Assembly (NCBI GenBank): GCA_963777505.1
Contig: CAVZQN010000004.1
Span: 1,568,001-1,632,000 of the forward strand
Direction: 5' to 3'
DNA length: 64,000 bases
DNA from: an uncultured bacterium
Lineage (GTDB): Bacteria > Acidobacteriota > HRBIN11 > JAKEFK01
Made by a program: the position numbers and the translations under genes. The notes under the pieces were generated by a model. That model searched no databases. It was given only the letters and a program-made list of their open reading frames with translations, and had not been told where the DNA came from. Of this stretch, positions 37,687 through 47,486 are shown one piece after another; the stretch's first letter is position 1; every line of letters begins with the position of its first letter.

Positions 37687-38096
37687 TGAGAAAAGTTTCC
37701 AAGCTCGAATTGCAGGACGTAAAAAAGATCCTTACGGCTTCCGAAGCAGAAGCCATTCGGATCGGCGTTGATATGGACATTGCGGTCGTTGATGATGGCG
37801 GGAATCTCCTCGGATTTCTCCGAATGGATCGTGCCAAGGTAACAAGCATTCAAATTTCAATTGATAAAGCTTTTACCGCAGCCGGAACACGAAAGCCTAC
37901 AAAAGATTACAAAGCCGTAGGCGCTGTTGATGGAATGGCATTTGGGATCAACACCAGCCATCAAGGACGTTTTACAATTTTCGGCGGTGGCGTTCCAATT
38001 ATGATTGAAGGCGAATGTGTCGGCGCCGTGGGCTGTAGTTCAGGGACTCCTGAGCAAGATGAACAGGTTGCTCAAGCAGGAATCAATGCACTCTGA
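37686..38096 (+). CDS. GlcG/HbpS family heme-binding protein
   Basis: IAVVDDGGNL...RMD...KAFTA...GGGVPI...GAVGCS.G..EQD. Confidence 0.88.
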   Translation: MRKVSKLELQDVKKILTASEAEAIRIGVDMDIAVVDDGGNLLGFLRMDRAKVTSIQISIDKAFTAAGTRKPTKDYKAVGAVDGMAFGINTSHQGRFTIFGGGVPIMIEGECVGAVGCSSGTPEQDEQVAQAGINAL

Positions 38097-38113
38097 ATCT
38101 TTGCGGTAAAAAA

Positions 38114-40430
38114 ATGAAAATAAAAAAAGTGGCAATTCTAGGTGCTGGAACAATGGGCTCACAAATTGCGGCTCATTTTGCAAATGCTTCGATTCCATCA
38201 ATGTTGTTTGATATGCCTGGGCTTTCAAAAGCCGGCATTGAAAAGCTGAAGAAATTAGAACCTGCACCGCTCTTTGATCCTTCCTTATCTTCATTAATAG
38301 AACCTCTTGAATTTGGACCTGACTTTCCGCGATTAATAGAAGCCGATTGGATTATTGAAGCAGTTATTGAAGATTTAGAAGCAAAACGCGCATTGCTGAA
38401 CTCGGTGCTCCCGCATCTTCGCGATGATTCAGTCATTACTTCAAATACTTCTGGTTTACCTCTATCAAGTATCGCTCTTGAAATGCCGGCAGAATTTAAG
38501 AGTCGCTGGTTCGGTACACATTTTTTCAATCCACCCCGCTATCTTAAACTTTTAGAGCTGATTCCAACTTCCGATACGAACGAAAATTTATTGCATGAAA
38601 TTGCAGAATTTGGCGATAAACATCTTGGCAAAGGCATTGTTTATGCAAAAGATACTCCCAACTTCATTGCGAATCGTCTTGGCACGTTCGCAGCAATGCT
38701 CGCTTTGAAAGTCATGCTTGAAGATGGATATTCAATTGAAGAAGTGGATGTACTCACAGGTCCGATTGTCGGCCATCCAAAAACTGCAACATTCCGTTTA
38801 TTCGATCTAGTTGGAATCGATATTCTTGGAATGGTGGCGCGGAATTTATTTGAAAATGTACCTGATGATGAAAACCGTGAACTTTTCAGAATTCCAATGT
38901 TCCTGGAAGACCTTCTTCAACGCGGATGGTATGGAAATAAAACCGGTCAGGGTTTTTACAAGAAAACGCCTGAAGGTATTTTGACTCTCGATCCCTCAAC
39001 AATGGAGTATAGTCCGCAAAAGAAGCCAGTCTTTCCATCTTTGGAGATGGTAAAGAATATTGAAGATCCAAGAGAACGGATTGCAAACTTAGTTCGTTCA
39101 AAGGATCGCGCAGGAAGTTTTATTTGGAAAACATTATCTCCACTCTTTGCTTACGCTGCGAACTTAATTCCGGAAATTTCGGATGACATTCTGAATGTGG
39201 ACAATTCAATAAAGTGGGGATTCAACTGGTCGCATGGAATTTTTGAAACGTGGGATGCGATCGGAGTTCGTAAGTCCGTTGAGCGTATGCGTGAAGAAGG
39301 AAAGCATATTCCTGCATGGATGGACTTGATGCTTGCGCAGCCGGATCCAAAGTTTTACAAAAATGAAAAAGGGAAATTGCATTGCTGGGATATTTTTGGA
39401 TATGAGTATCGTCCTGTTCCGCAGCCTCAGGGTGTCTTAATTCTGGATCACATCAAACAGCAGAAGGGAACGATCAAGAAAAATGCCGGAGCCAGCTTGA
39501 TCGATCTTGGAGATGGTGTGGCCTGTCTGGAATTTCATTCAAAAATGAATGCAATCGGCGGGGATACAATCCAGATGGTGAAGTCGGCAATTGAAATTGT
39601 CGAAAAAGATTTTGAAGGCTTAGTTATAGGAAACCAGGGTGAAAATTTTTCAGCAGGAGCAAATTTAATGCTCTTGCTTTTGGAAGCGCAGGAAGAAAAC
39701 TGGGACGATCTAAATATGATAATCAAAGCATTTCAACAAATGGTGATGTCCTTGCGCTATTCAGCGCGTCCAGTTGTTGCTGCGCCATTCGGTCTTGCAC
39801 TTGGAGGTGGATGCGAAGTTAGCATGGGAGCCGATGCAATCCATTCCGCAGCGGAAGTTTACACCGGACTTGTTGAAGTAGGTGTTGGATTAATTCCTGC
39901 AGGAACGGGAACGAAAGAAATATACGTAAGAAATTTTAAGAAATGTTTGCCCGGTGCTGATCCATTACCGTTTTTGCGAAATGCTTTCGAAACCAGTTGC
40001 ACTTGCGAAAGCATCACGTTCAGTACTCGATGCAAAAAGACTTGGATACTATGCCGAATCAGATACTTTTAGCATGAATGCGGATCGCGTCATTCAAGAT
40101 GCGAAGAATGTTGTTTTACGACTTGCGAAAAATTATAGACAACCTCAACCACGAACCGACATTCTTCTGACTGGTCGCGCAGGATACGCTTACCTTCAAG
40201 CTGGCATTTACTTAATGCGTGAAGCTGGTTTCATCAGTGAATATGATCAAAAACTCGGTCAAAAAGTTGCGTGGATCATGACCGGTGGAGACTTGACCGA
40301 GCCCACCCGCGTAAATGAACAATTTATGCTGGATCTCGAACGCGAAGCCTTCCTTTCGCTGCTGGGTGAACCGAAAACGCAGGACAGAATTCGACATATG
40401 CTGAAGACCGGCAAACCCCTCCGGAATTAA
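38114..40430 (+). CDS. fadN: 3-hydroxyacyl-CoA dehydrogenase / enoyl-CoA hydratase (FadN-type), split by a frameshift near 39993
   Basis: GAGTMG, HFFNPPRY, EFHSKMN, GLVEVGVG. The reading continues in the other frame as VALAKASRS...LDLEREAFLSL...MLKTGKPLRN. Confidence 0.88.
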
Positions 40431-40523
40431 TTTCGGATTTTAACCGCAAAGACTCAGAATCTCTGTGGTTCACAAAAGGAGTTAGTTTTGCCACGAAAAC
40501 ACAAAGAGCATGGAGATAAGAAC

Positions 40524-41696
40524 ATGACTGAAGTATTCATAGTGGCCGGCGCAAGGACTGCAGTTGGAAAAGCTCCACGCGGAACATTACGGAACACCCG
40601 ACCTGATGATATGGCTGCAGCCGTTTTCAAAGAGGTATTGAAGCGAGCGCCGGAGGTACGTGCGGAAGAAATTGAAGATGTCATCATTGGATGTGCGATG
40701 CCTGAAGCAGAACAAGGGATGAATGTTGCACGCATTGCATCGTTGCGTGCAGGATTGCCTGTTGAAACTTCTGCGATCACGGTTAATCGATTTTGCGCAT
40801 CCGGACTGCAAGCAATTGCTTTTGGCGCAGAACGAATTGCGTCAGGTTCAGCAGATTGCATTCTTGCAGGCGGAACAGAAAGCATGAGTCTAATTCCTAT
40901 GGGTGGTAACAAGATCGTTCCGAATCCAGCATTAATTACTGAAAGTCCCCAGGCATACATTTCAATGGGACTTGGCACCGAGGGACTTGTTCACAAATTC
41001 GAAATTAGCCGCGCTGATCAGGATCAGTTTTCGTATCAATCCCATCAAAAAGCATTGGCAGCAATCGATTCAGGAAAATTTCAAGATGAAATTGTTCCAC
41101 TTGAATTTGAAGAAGTAATGCTTGAGAACGGAAAACGGATTCGAAGGAATGTGAAATTTGATACTGATGAAGGTCCGCGACGTGATACGAGTCTTGACGC
41201 CTTAGCTTCACTAAAGCCTTCATTCAAAGTAAATGGCACAGTTACTCCCGGCAATTCATCACAGATGAGTGACGGATCTGCAGCAGTGCTACTCATGTCG
41301 CGAAAGAAAATGGAAGCAAGCGGACTCCAACCATTAGCTCGTTTTGTCAGTTATGCATATGCAGGCGTACCGCCAGAAATGTTTGGGATTGGGCCAGTGT
41401 ACGCAATTCCAAAAGCATTGAAGTTAGCAGGGTTGAGTCTTTCGGACATTAAAATCATTGAACTGAATGAAGCGTTTGCCGGGCAATCTCTTGCAGTAAT
41501 CCGAAAAGCTGGCTTGGATCCGGATATTGTTAATCCAAATGGAGGGGCAATCGCGCTTGGGCATCCACTCGGTTGTACTGGAGCAAAGTTGACTGTCAGT
41601 ATCATTCAGGAGTTAAAACGCCGGGGTGGCGGCTTTGGAATGGTCACGATGTGTGTCGGCGGTGGAATGGGGGCTGCGGGCATATTCGAAATCTAA
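40524..41696 (+). CDS. fadA: Acetyl-CoA C-acyltransferase (beta-oxidation thiolase)
   Basis: RTAVGKA, NRFCASG, NEAFA, GHPLGCTG, MCVGGG; lies between fadN and fadE. Confidence 0.9.
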   Translation: MTEVFIVAGARTAVGKAPRGTLRNTRPDDMAAAVFKEVLKRAPEVRAEEIEDVIIGCAMPEAEQGMNVARIASLRAGLPVETSAITVNRFCASGLQAIAFGAERIASGSADCILAGGTESMSLIPMGGNKIVPNPALITESPQAYISMGLGTEGLVHKFEISRADQDQFSYQSHQKALAAIDSGKFQDEIVPLEFEEVMLENGKRIRRNVKFDTDEGPRRDTSLDALASLKPSFKVNGTVTPGNSSQMSDGSAAVLLMSRKKMEASGLQPLARFVSYAYAGVPPEMFGIGPVYAIPKALKLAGLSLSDIKIIELNEAFAGQSLAVIRKAGLDPDIVNPNGGAIALGHPLGCTGAKLTVSIIQELKRRGGGFGMVTMCVGGGMGAAGIFEI

Positions 41697-41720
41697 AGAC
41701 ATATAATTAGATCAGAAATT

Positions 41721-43508
41721 ATGAGCACAATATTAGAAGAATTAAAGCTTGGAAAGAAAGGGGGCGGTTTTCTTCTTGAAGACTTATCTGCCTCCGATAT
41801 ATTTACGCCCGAAGATTTTTCGGAAGAACAAAAAATGATCGCTAAAACTGTTGATGAATTTGTAATCAACGAAGTTCTTCCTCAACGCGACAGGATGGAA
41901 AAAAAGGATCTTTCGGCAACTGTCGAATTGTTGCGCAAAGCGTCCGAGCTTGGTTTATGCGGTATTGAAGTTCCAGAAAAATATTCAGGTCTGGGTCTGG
42001 ATAAAGTTTCTGCGATGCTTGTTGCCGAAAGAATCACTCGTTATGGTTCTTTTGCGGTTTCCTATGGCGGCCATACAGGGATCGGGAGTTTACCGATCGT
42101 TTATTTTGGAACTGAAGAGCAGAAGAAAAAATATCTTCCAAGACTTGTCACCTCCGAAATTCTATCTTCATACGCTTTAACGGAAGCTCATTCAGGCTCA
42201 GATGCGCTTGCAGCCCGCACAACTGCTGTTCTTTCCGCGGATGGGAAAGAGTACGTATTGAACGGCACAAAAATGTGGATTACCAATGCTGGTTTTGCAG
42301 ACATCTTTATCACGTTTGCAAAAATTGACGGCGAAAAATTCAGTGCTTTTATTGTGGAAAAAGGGTTTCCAGGAGTTTCAACGGGTGCTGAAGAACGGAA
42401 AATGGGAATCAATGGTTCGTCTACTCGCACATTAATTCTTGAAGATGCGCGAGTGCCAGCTGAAAATTTGCTTGGTGAAGTTGGCAAAGGACATAAGATC
42501 GCTTTTAGCATTTTAAACATTGGACGTTTCAAGCTGGGTGCTGCATGCGTCGGCGGGTCAAAACATTGTATTGAAGCTGCAGTGAAGTATGCGAATGAAC
42601 GTCATCAATTCGGAAAATCGATCGGCAGTTTTGGCGCAATCAAATACAAACTTGCTGAGATGGCAACCCGTACGTTCGTTGGCGAAAGTATGGTCTATCG
42701 TACCGCAGGGTTGCTGGATGGAGCTCTTGGGCGTGTCGATGTGGATGATTCAAAGCAGGCGCTCAAGGCAATGGAAGAATATGCAGTTGAATGCGCTGCA
42801 ATTAAAGTAACGACCAGTGAATTTTTGGATTATGTTGTGGATGAAGCTGTTCAGATTTTTGGCGGTTATGGATACAGCCAGGAATATCCGGTGGAAATGC
42901 CATATCGTGATGCGCGTATTAATCGCATCTTTGAAGGAACAAATGAAATCAATCGTTTGTTAATTCTTGGAATGTTGTTAAAGAGAGCGATGAAAGGCGA
43001 ACTTCCACTGATGGCCGCCGCTCAAAAACTTCAAGATGAAGTGCTCGGCTTCAGCGGTGCAGAAGAAGAGGGAGATGGACTTTTGGCGCGCGAACAAAAA
43101 GCTGTCAAGAATATCAAGAAACTTGGACTCCTCACCGCCGGTTTAGCTTTGCAAAAATACATGACTGCAATTGAAGAAGAGCAGGAAATTTTGAGCATGT
43201 TGAGCGATATTGTGATGGAAGCTTTCGCCGCAGAAAGTGCATTACTTCGAACATTGAAAATGATTAAAACTTCCGGCCCGGAAAAAGCAGCGCCTTATGT
43301 GATGATGACTCAAGTTTACATTAACGATGCGATCGGGCGGGTTGAATCGCGCGCAAAGGATGTACTCGCTGCAATATCAGAAGGTGATATGCTTCGAACA
43401 AATCTTGCGGCAATGAAACGCTTCCTGAAGTTTCCGCCAGTCAACACAATTGAACTTCGCCGCAAAATCGCTGACAAGATGCTGGAAGCCGACACCTACA
43501 TCTATTAA
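41721..43508 (+). CDS. fadE: Acyl-CoA dehydrogenase (long FadE type)
   Basis: GGGFLL, YALTE..SGSDA, KMWITN, RINRIFEGTNEINR. Confidence 0.9.
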   Translation: MSTILEELKLGKKGGGFLLEDLSASDIFTPEDFSEEQKMIAKTVDEFVINEVLPQRDRMEKKDLSATVELLRKASELGLCGIEVPEKYSGLGLDKVSAMLVAERITRYGSFAVSYGGHTGIGSLPIVYFGTEEQKKKYLPRLVTSEILSSYALTEAHSGSDALAARTTAVLSADGKEYVLNGTKMWITNAGFADIFITFAKIDGEKFSAFIVEKGFPGVSTGAEERKMGINGSSTRTLILEDARVPAENLLGEVGKGHKIAFSILNIGRFKLGAACVGGSKHCIEAAVKYANERHQFGKSIGSFGAIKYKLAEMATRTFVGESMVYRTAGLLDGALGRVDVDDSKQALKAMEEYAVECAAIKVTTSEFLDYVVDEAVQIFGGYGYSQEYPVEMPYRDARINRIFEGTNEINRLLILGMLLKRAMKGELPLMAAAQKLQDEVLGFSGAEEEGDGLLAREQKAVKNIKKLGLLTAGLALQKYMTAIEEEQEILSMLSDIVMEAFAAESALLRTLKMIKTSGPEKAAPYVMMTQVYINDAIGRVESRAKDVLAAISEGDMLRTNLAAMKRFLKFPPVNTIELRRKIADKMLEADTYIY

Positions 43509-43519
43509 TTTCTTTTATC

Positions 43520-43570
43520 GGAGCGCGGACATCCTTGTCCGCATTACGGGCCGCAGGCATCTTTGCCTGC
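43520..43570. repeat. REP-like doublet
   Basis: ggagcgcggacatccttgtccgc-attacgggcc-gcaggcatctttgcctgc; near-identical inverted copy at 50255-50303. Confidence 0.8.
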
Positions 43571-43578
43571 AATTAATC

Positions 43579-44763
43579 CTATTCATTTCTTTGCGTCTCT
43601 GCGGTTATAAAATCTCGAATCACTTTATCTATAAATTCCGGTTTATCGTCTAAGGCAAATGTTCCTACATTTTCGACGGGAACAATCTTTACGGATGAAA
43701 TCTCGACGGCTTTCCATTGCGTTATCGAATGAGGTTTCTCTTTCGGATCCGTAATTGATGGAATCACAAGAGCTGGAATTTTCAACTCCGTAATTTCAGC
43801 CGACAAGTCTGTAGTCATTAATTCTGCGCCGTAATCCCAGGTCAAATGAGCGTCTGATTTACCGCCGTTTTGAGCTAGCTGCAGATTGCGTTGTGGATCT
43901 TTGCTCATTGTTCCTCCAACGTTCTGCCAGTATTTTGAGAAACATTCGCGCGAAGGCCTCGGAAACAATTCGATGGGCAAAAAAAGTTTTGCCAGGCGAT
44001 CCCGGAATTCAGGCGTTAACTTGCCTGAAGGATCATCCTTTGAAATTACCATCGGAGAATAAAGCAAACCATTTAAAACGACCACTGCTCTAATATTTTG
44101 CGGGTGGTCAAGCGCTAAGCGTAACGCAAGATACGCACCTGCTTGATGACCTAAAACGATGGGTGCTTTCAAGTTTTCTTTTTGGATCAGGTTCAGAATT
44201 GCATCTTCTGCATTTTTCCAAAGCCTTCGTGCTGTGTAATCGCGTTTTTCAAAAGAGGGGAGTGCAGGCGTTCCACCAAAACCAGGAAGTGTTACAGCAT
44301 ACATTTTGTAATTACTTTTATTTCTATCAATAAATAATTGGAAAACATTTCCATCCATTCCTACATCGGGAATTAGGATGATCGGGATCTCACCATTGCC
44401 CACCTTAATTACCTGTTCAAGTTCACCAGGCTTTGCTAAAGGAGATGCGATTTCACTTTCCCCAGGACACGTCCAGCTTATTGCGGATGAAACAAGCATA
44501 TCGATTACCGATGGCGGTGGATTCGATTTCTGCAAACGGACAGACAACTGGAACAATTCTTTGTAGGCATCCTTGCGCTGATCAACAGTCAAATCCGGAG
44601 ATTCAGCTTTTGATTTTGCTTTCGCAAGCATCGAAATGTCCTCAGCTGAAACATTCTCTTCAATTCCAAGGTAGTGAATCAGGTTTCGTGCGAAGGTCGT
44701 GTCATCTGCATGAGCTTGTAAAAATACAAGTAAACAAAAAGGAAGAAATAGCATTGCTTTCAT
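43579..44763 (-). CDS. Secreted alpha/beta-hydrolase-fold protein with non-canonical nucleophile elbow
   Basis: Signal peptide, TLPGFG, LGHQAG in place of GHSxG, PALVI. Confidence 0.8.
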   Translation of the reverse strand: MKAMLFLPFCLLVFLQAHADDTTFARNLIHYLGIEENVSAEDISMLAKAKSKAESPDLTVDQRKDAYKELFQLSVRLQKSNPPPSVIDMLVSSAISWTCPGESEIASPLAKPGELEQVIKVGNGEIPIILIPDVGMDGNVFQLFIDRNKSNYKMYAVTLPGFGGTPALPSFEKRDYTARRLWKNAEDAILNLIQKENLKAPIVLGHQAGAYLALRLALDHPQNIRAVVVLNGLLYSPMVISKDDPSGKLTPEFRDRLAKLFLPIELFPRPSRECFSKYWQNVGGTMSKDPQRNLQLAQNGGKSDAHLTWDYGAELMTTDLSAEITELKIPALVIPSITDPKEKPHSITQWKAVEISSVKIVPVENVGTFALDDKPEFIDKVIRDFITAETQRNE

Positions 44764-44829
44764 TTTGTTTGGTCTCCTTTGTTGTGGCTAATGTAAGTTG
44801 GAGGGCAACAAGGAGTCTCTACTTATGTG

Positions 44830-44859
44830 GTGGACGGACGCTTTCTAATTGCGAATGGT
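44830..44859 (-). promoter_or_regulatory. Candidate LytTR-binding direct repeat upstream of the hydrolase-like gene
   Basis: On the minus strand accattcgc and tccgtccac start 21 bp apart, upstream of a TACATT -10 candidate and directly downstream of the LytTR gene. Confidence 0.4.
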
Positions 44860-44891
44860 CTTCAAACTCAACCGCAGAGACGCTAAGTAAG

Positions 44892-45683
44892 TTAAAACTC
44901 AGAATGGAGAACTTTTCGTAATTCGTTTCGGTAACTTCGACCGAGTGGTAGGATGGTCCCATTTCGAAGCACAACGCGATAGTCACGTTTGAACCATTGC
45001 TGCAGTTCTTTAATCGACTCTACGTTTACAATTGCTCCGCGATGAATCCGCACAAATGAAATCGGATCCAGCTCCTTTTCGAGTAATCCAATCTTTTGCC
45101 GTATCAAATATGTCTCTTTTCCTGAATGGATCCGTACGTAATTATCTTCTGCTTCAATCCAATCAACTTCGCGGGCTTTTATAAAAAATATTCGTCCTCT
45201 TTCTTTAACCGTAAACCGATCCAGATACATGCCTTTCCCGGACAGTGATTCAAGCATCGAATAAGTTCTCTGGATCCACTCTTTTTGGTTTCTTGTACGA
45301 AGTTCATTTTTCGCATGAATGACAGCTTCTTCAAATCGCTTTTTCTTGAATGGTTTCAAAAGGTAATCGAAAGCATGAAGCTCAAACGCTTTGATTGCGA
45401 ATTCATCATAAGCGGTGACGAAAATAACGAGGGGCATCGACCCTTCATTGATTTTCTTCAGGACTCCAAAGCCATTCATGTCGGGCATCTGAATATCCAA
45501 AAAGAGAATATCGGGTTTTGAACCCGTTAATGCTGCCACAGCTTCAGTGCCGGTTGCGCATTCTGAGACCACTTGTAGTTCGGAATCTTTTTGGACGAGT
45601 TCACGGATACGAGTTCGCGCTAGCTCTTCATCATCAACGATCATGATCGTGATTTTGTTTTGCTCGATCATGTTTTTACCCAT
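44892..45683 (-). CDS. LytTR-family response regulator
   Basis: VDDE, FLDIQMP, TAYDE, DYLLKP, FVRIHR. Confidence 0.93.
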   Translation of the reverse strand: MGKNMIEQNKITIMIVDDEELARTRIRELVQKDSELQVVSECATGTEAVAALTGSKPDILFLDIQMPDMNGFGVLKKINEGSMPLVIFVTAYDEFAIKAFELHAFDYLLKPFKKKRFEEAVIHAKNELRTRNQKEWIQRTYSMLESLSGKGMYLDRFTVKERGRIFFIKAREVDWIEAEDNYVRIHSGKETYLIRQKIGLLEKELDPISFVRIHRGAIVNVESIKELQQWFKRDYRVVLRNGTILPLGRSYRNELRKVLHSEF

Positions 45684-46788
45684 GGGTTCGGATGGGGATT
45701 TTCATTTCAACACTGACCCCGCCTTCAGACCGATTTGATAATCGAAATTCATACTCGTCAGTGTAGAGACGTTTTAATCTTTCCTGCACATTGCTAAGTC
45801 CGATTCCATTGATAGGCTTATCGGAAAGTTCAGGGCCATCGTTGACCACCTGAAGGAAAAGATGATGATCATTCTTTCGTGAGGAAACTTCAATCCGGCC
45901 AGAATGAATATGTGCGATTCCATGTCGTATCGCATTTTCGATGATCGGCTGCAAAATTAGATTCGGAACTTTGAGCGGAAGAGTCTCCGGGTCAATTTGC
46001 ATTTCTACTTTCAAACGATTTCTGAAGCGGATTCTTTCAATCTCCAAATAACTTGATAAAAAACGAAGTTCTTCTTCTAGAGTGACTTCCAGTCCTGAAC
46101 TACTTTGAAGGGTTAACCGTAAGAAATTTCCGAGTTCACCGATCATTTCATCTGCATCTTCTGGATTTTTGTGGATTAAAGCTGAAATGGAATTCAGAGT
46201 ATTAAAAAGAAAATGAGGATGAAGCTGCATTTTTAATGCATCAAGCTTTGCCTGTGCTAGCTGAGTCTTCAACTCGGAAGCCCTGCGTGAATAATCGAGT
46301 GCGTGATATCCCGCGAGAATGATCCAGTAAATCAAAATGCCGATATGGAAGTCGATCGCAAAGATCATTTTGAAAATCCGTTCAGGATCGTACTGCGCTC
46401 TTTGTATAGCTTCAGGAAATTTGACAAACAATGCGTCTGTGATTGAAGCACTCGTGGCGAACGCTTCCGTGAAACGAATGACGAACCAATAAATGATGGA
46501 AAAGATCGCAAGATGTAAAAGAGAAATGAGAATACTTGCGATGCCATTCGTTATGAAGAATCGTTTTCGGGAGCCTGAGAATTGAGGTGAGCGCTGGATT
46601 GTTCGGATAACAAGCGGAAACAAAAAAATCCACAAACACCAACGAGTCAACTCCCAGCTGATGATGTTGGACCAGCTCATTGTAAATCCGCTGTTTAGTG
46701 CAAGGAGGCGGAGTTGCCATGAAAAAATAAATCCGATTCCAACCCAGGCTAAAACAAACAGCAGGATCTTGATCCAGCGTTTCTGCAT
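45676..46788 (-). CDS. LytS/YehU-type membrane sensor histidine kinase
   Basis: QLHPHFLFNTLN, YLEIERIRF, LQPIIENAIRHG, GIGLSNV. Confidence 0.93.
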   Translation of the reverse strand: MQKRWIKILLFVLAWVGIGFIFSWQLRLLALNSGFTMSWSNIISWELTRWCLWIFLFPLVIRTIQRSPQFSGSRKRFFITNGIASILISLLHLAIFSIIYWFVIRFTEAFATSASITDALFVKFPEAIQRAQYDPERIFKMIFAIDFHIGILIYWIILAGYHALDYSRRASELKTQLAQAKLDALKMQLHPHFLFNTLNSISALIHKNPEDADEMIGELGNFLRLTLQSSSGLEVTLEEELRFLSSYLEIERIRFRNRLKVEMQIDPETLPLKVPNLILQPIIENAIRHGIAHIHSGRIEVSSRKNDHHLFLQVVNDGPELSDKPINGIGLSNVQERLKRLYTDEYEFRLSNRSEGGVSVEMKIPIRTHG

Positions 46789-46919
46789 ACTTCATATTTT
46801 ACCGACTTGTCGGTCAATAGCATGATTTGGTGGCGAACGGTCCGATTTCACTGGCGACCTTTCTCTTTGAGTCTTTGCGGTTCGAGCGTATTCGAGTATT
46901 CTTACAAGGGAGTAATACA

Positions 46920-47459
46920 ATGCCATTGGTTCATTTTGATAGACAAACGGTTCTAGATTTTTTCAAGGTTTCGCCTGAAGAAGCTGAGGAGATAATCAAA
47001 CAAATTGGATATAAAGATCCGATCGATGTTCATGATGATTTTTCAGGTGATGATGTAAAAGCTATGGCGATGAGCTATGCGCATAAGTCGCATCCTTCAG
47101 CGAAGGACAACGACAAAGTCTCGTTCGGAAGCCAGGTCAGTTATCTTGTTTGTGGAATGTATACTGGCGTAGCTCATTATATTAAGGAACAAAAAGCAGA
47201 ACGCACCTTCGAAGAGTTTAAGAAAGCATTCGGTGTAGATCCGGGCGATGAAGGTCCGGAAATTAAGGGCGAAATTAGCAGTCCTGAATTTACAATTGCT
47301 GGAATCATCCTTCTCGAAGGAATGATTTTGTCGGAAGATGATCAGGCCAACGTAAATCAGTCCATAGGACTTCTTGACCAGCATGCTTCCTCTTTTGCAC
47401 CCAATCGTCTGGATTCCATCAAAAAAGTCTTGTCAGGTTTGCAAAATCTTAAGCTCTAA
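46920..47459 (+). CDS. Hypothetical protein (acidic)
   Basis: 179-codon ORF with GGAG SD before ATG 46920; no family recognised. Confidence 0.65.
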   Translation: MPLVHFDRQTVLDFFKVSPEEAEEIIKQIGYKDPIDVHDDFSGDDVKAMAMSYAHKSHPSAKDNDKVSFGSQVSYLVCGMYTGVAHYIKEQKAERTFEEFKKAFGVDPGDEGPEIKGEISSPEFTIAGIILLEGMILSEDDQANVNQSIGLLDQHASSFAPNRLDSIKKVLSGLQNLKL

Positions 47460-47486
47460 TCCTTTAATATTTTCCCACAGCGACAT

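Noticed and set aside
39960-40072. Programmed ribosomal frameshift in fadN (and lolD)
   Set aside because: No canonical slippery heptamer or stimulatory structure seen; several similar indels in the window point to sequence error.
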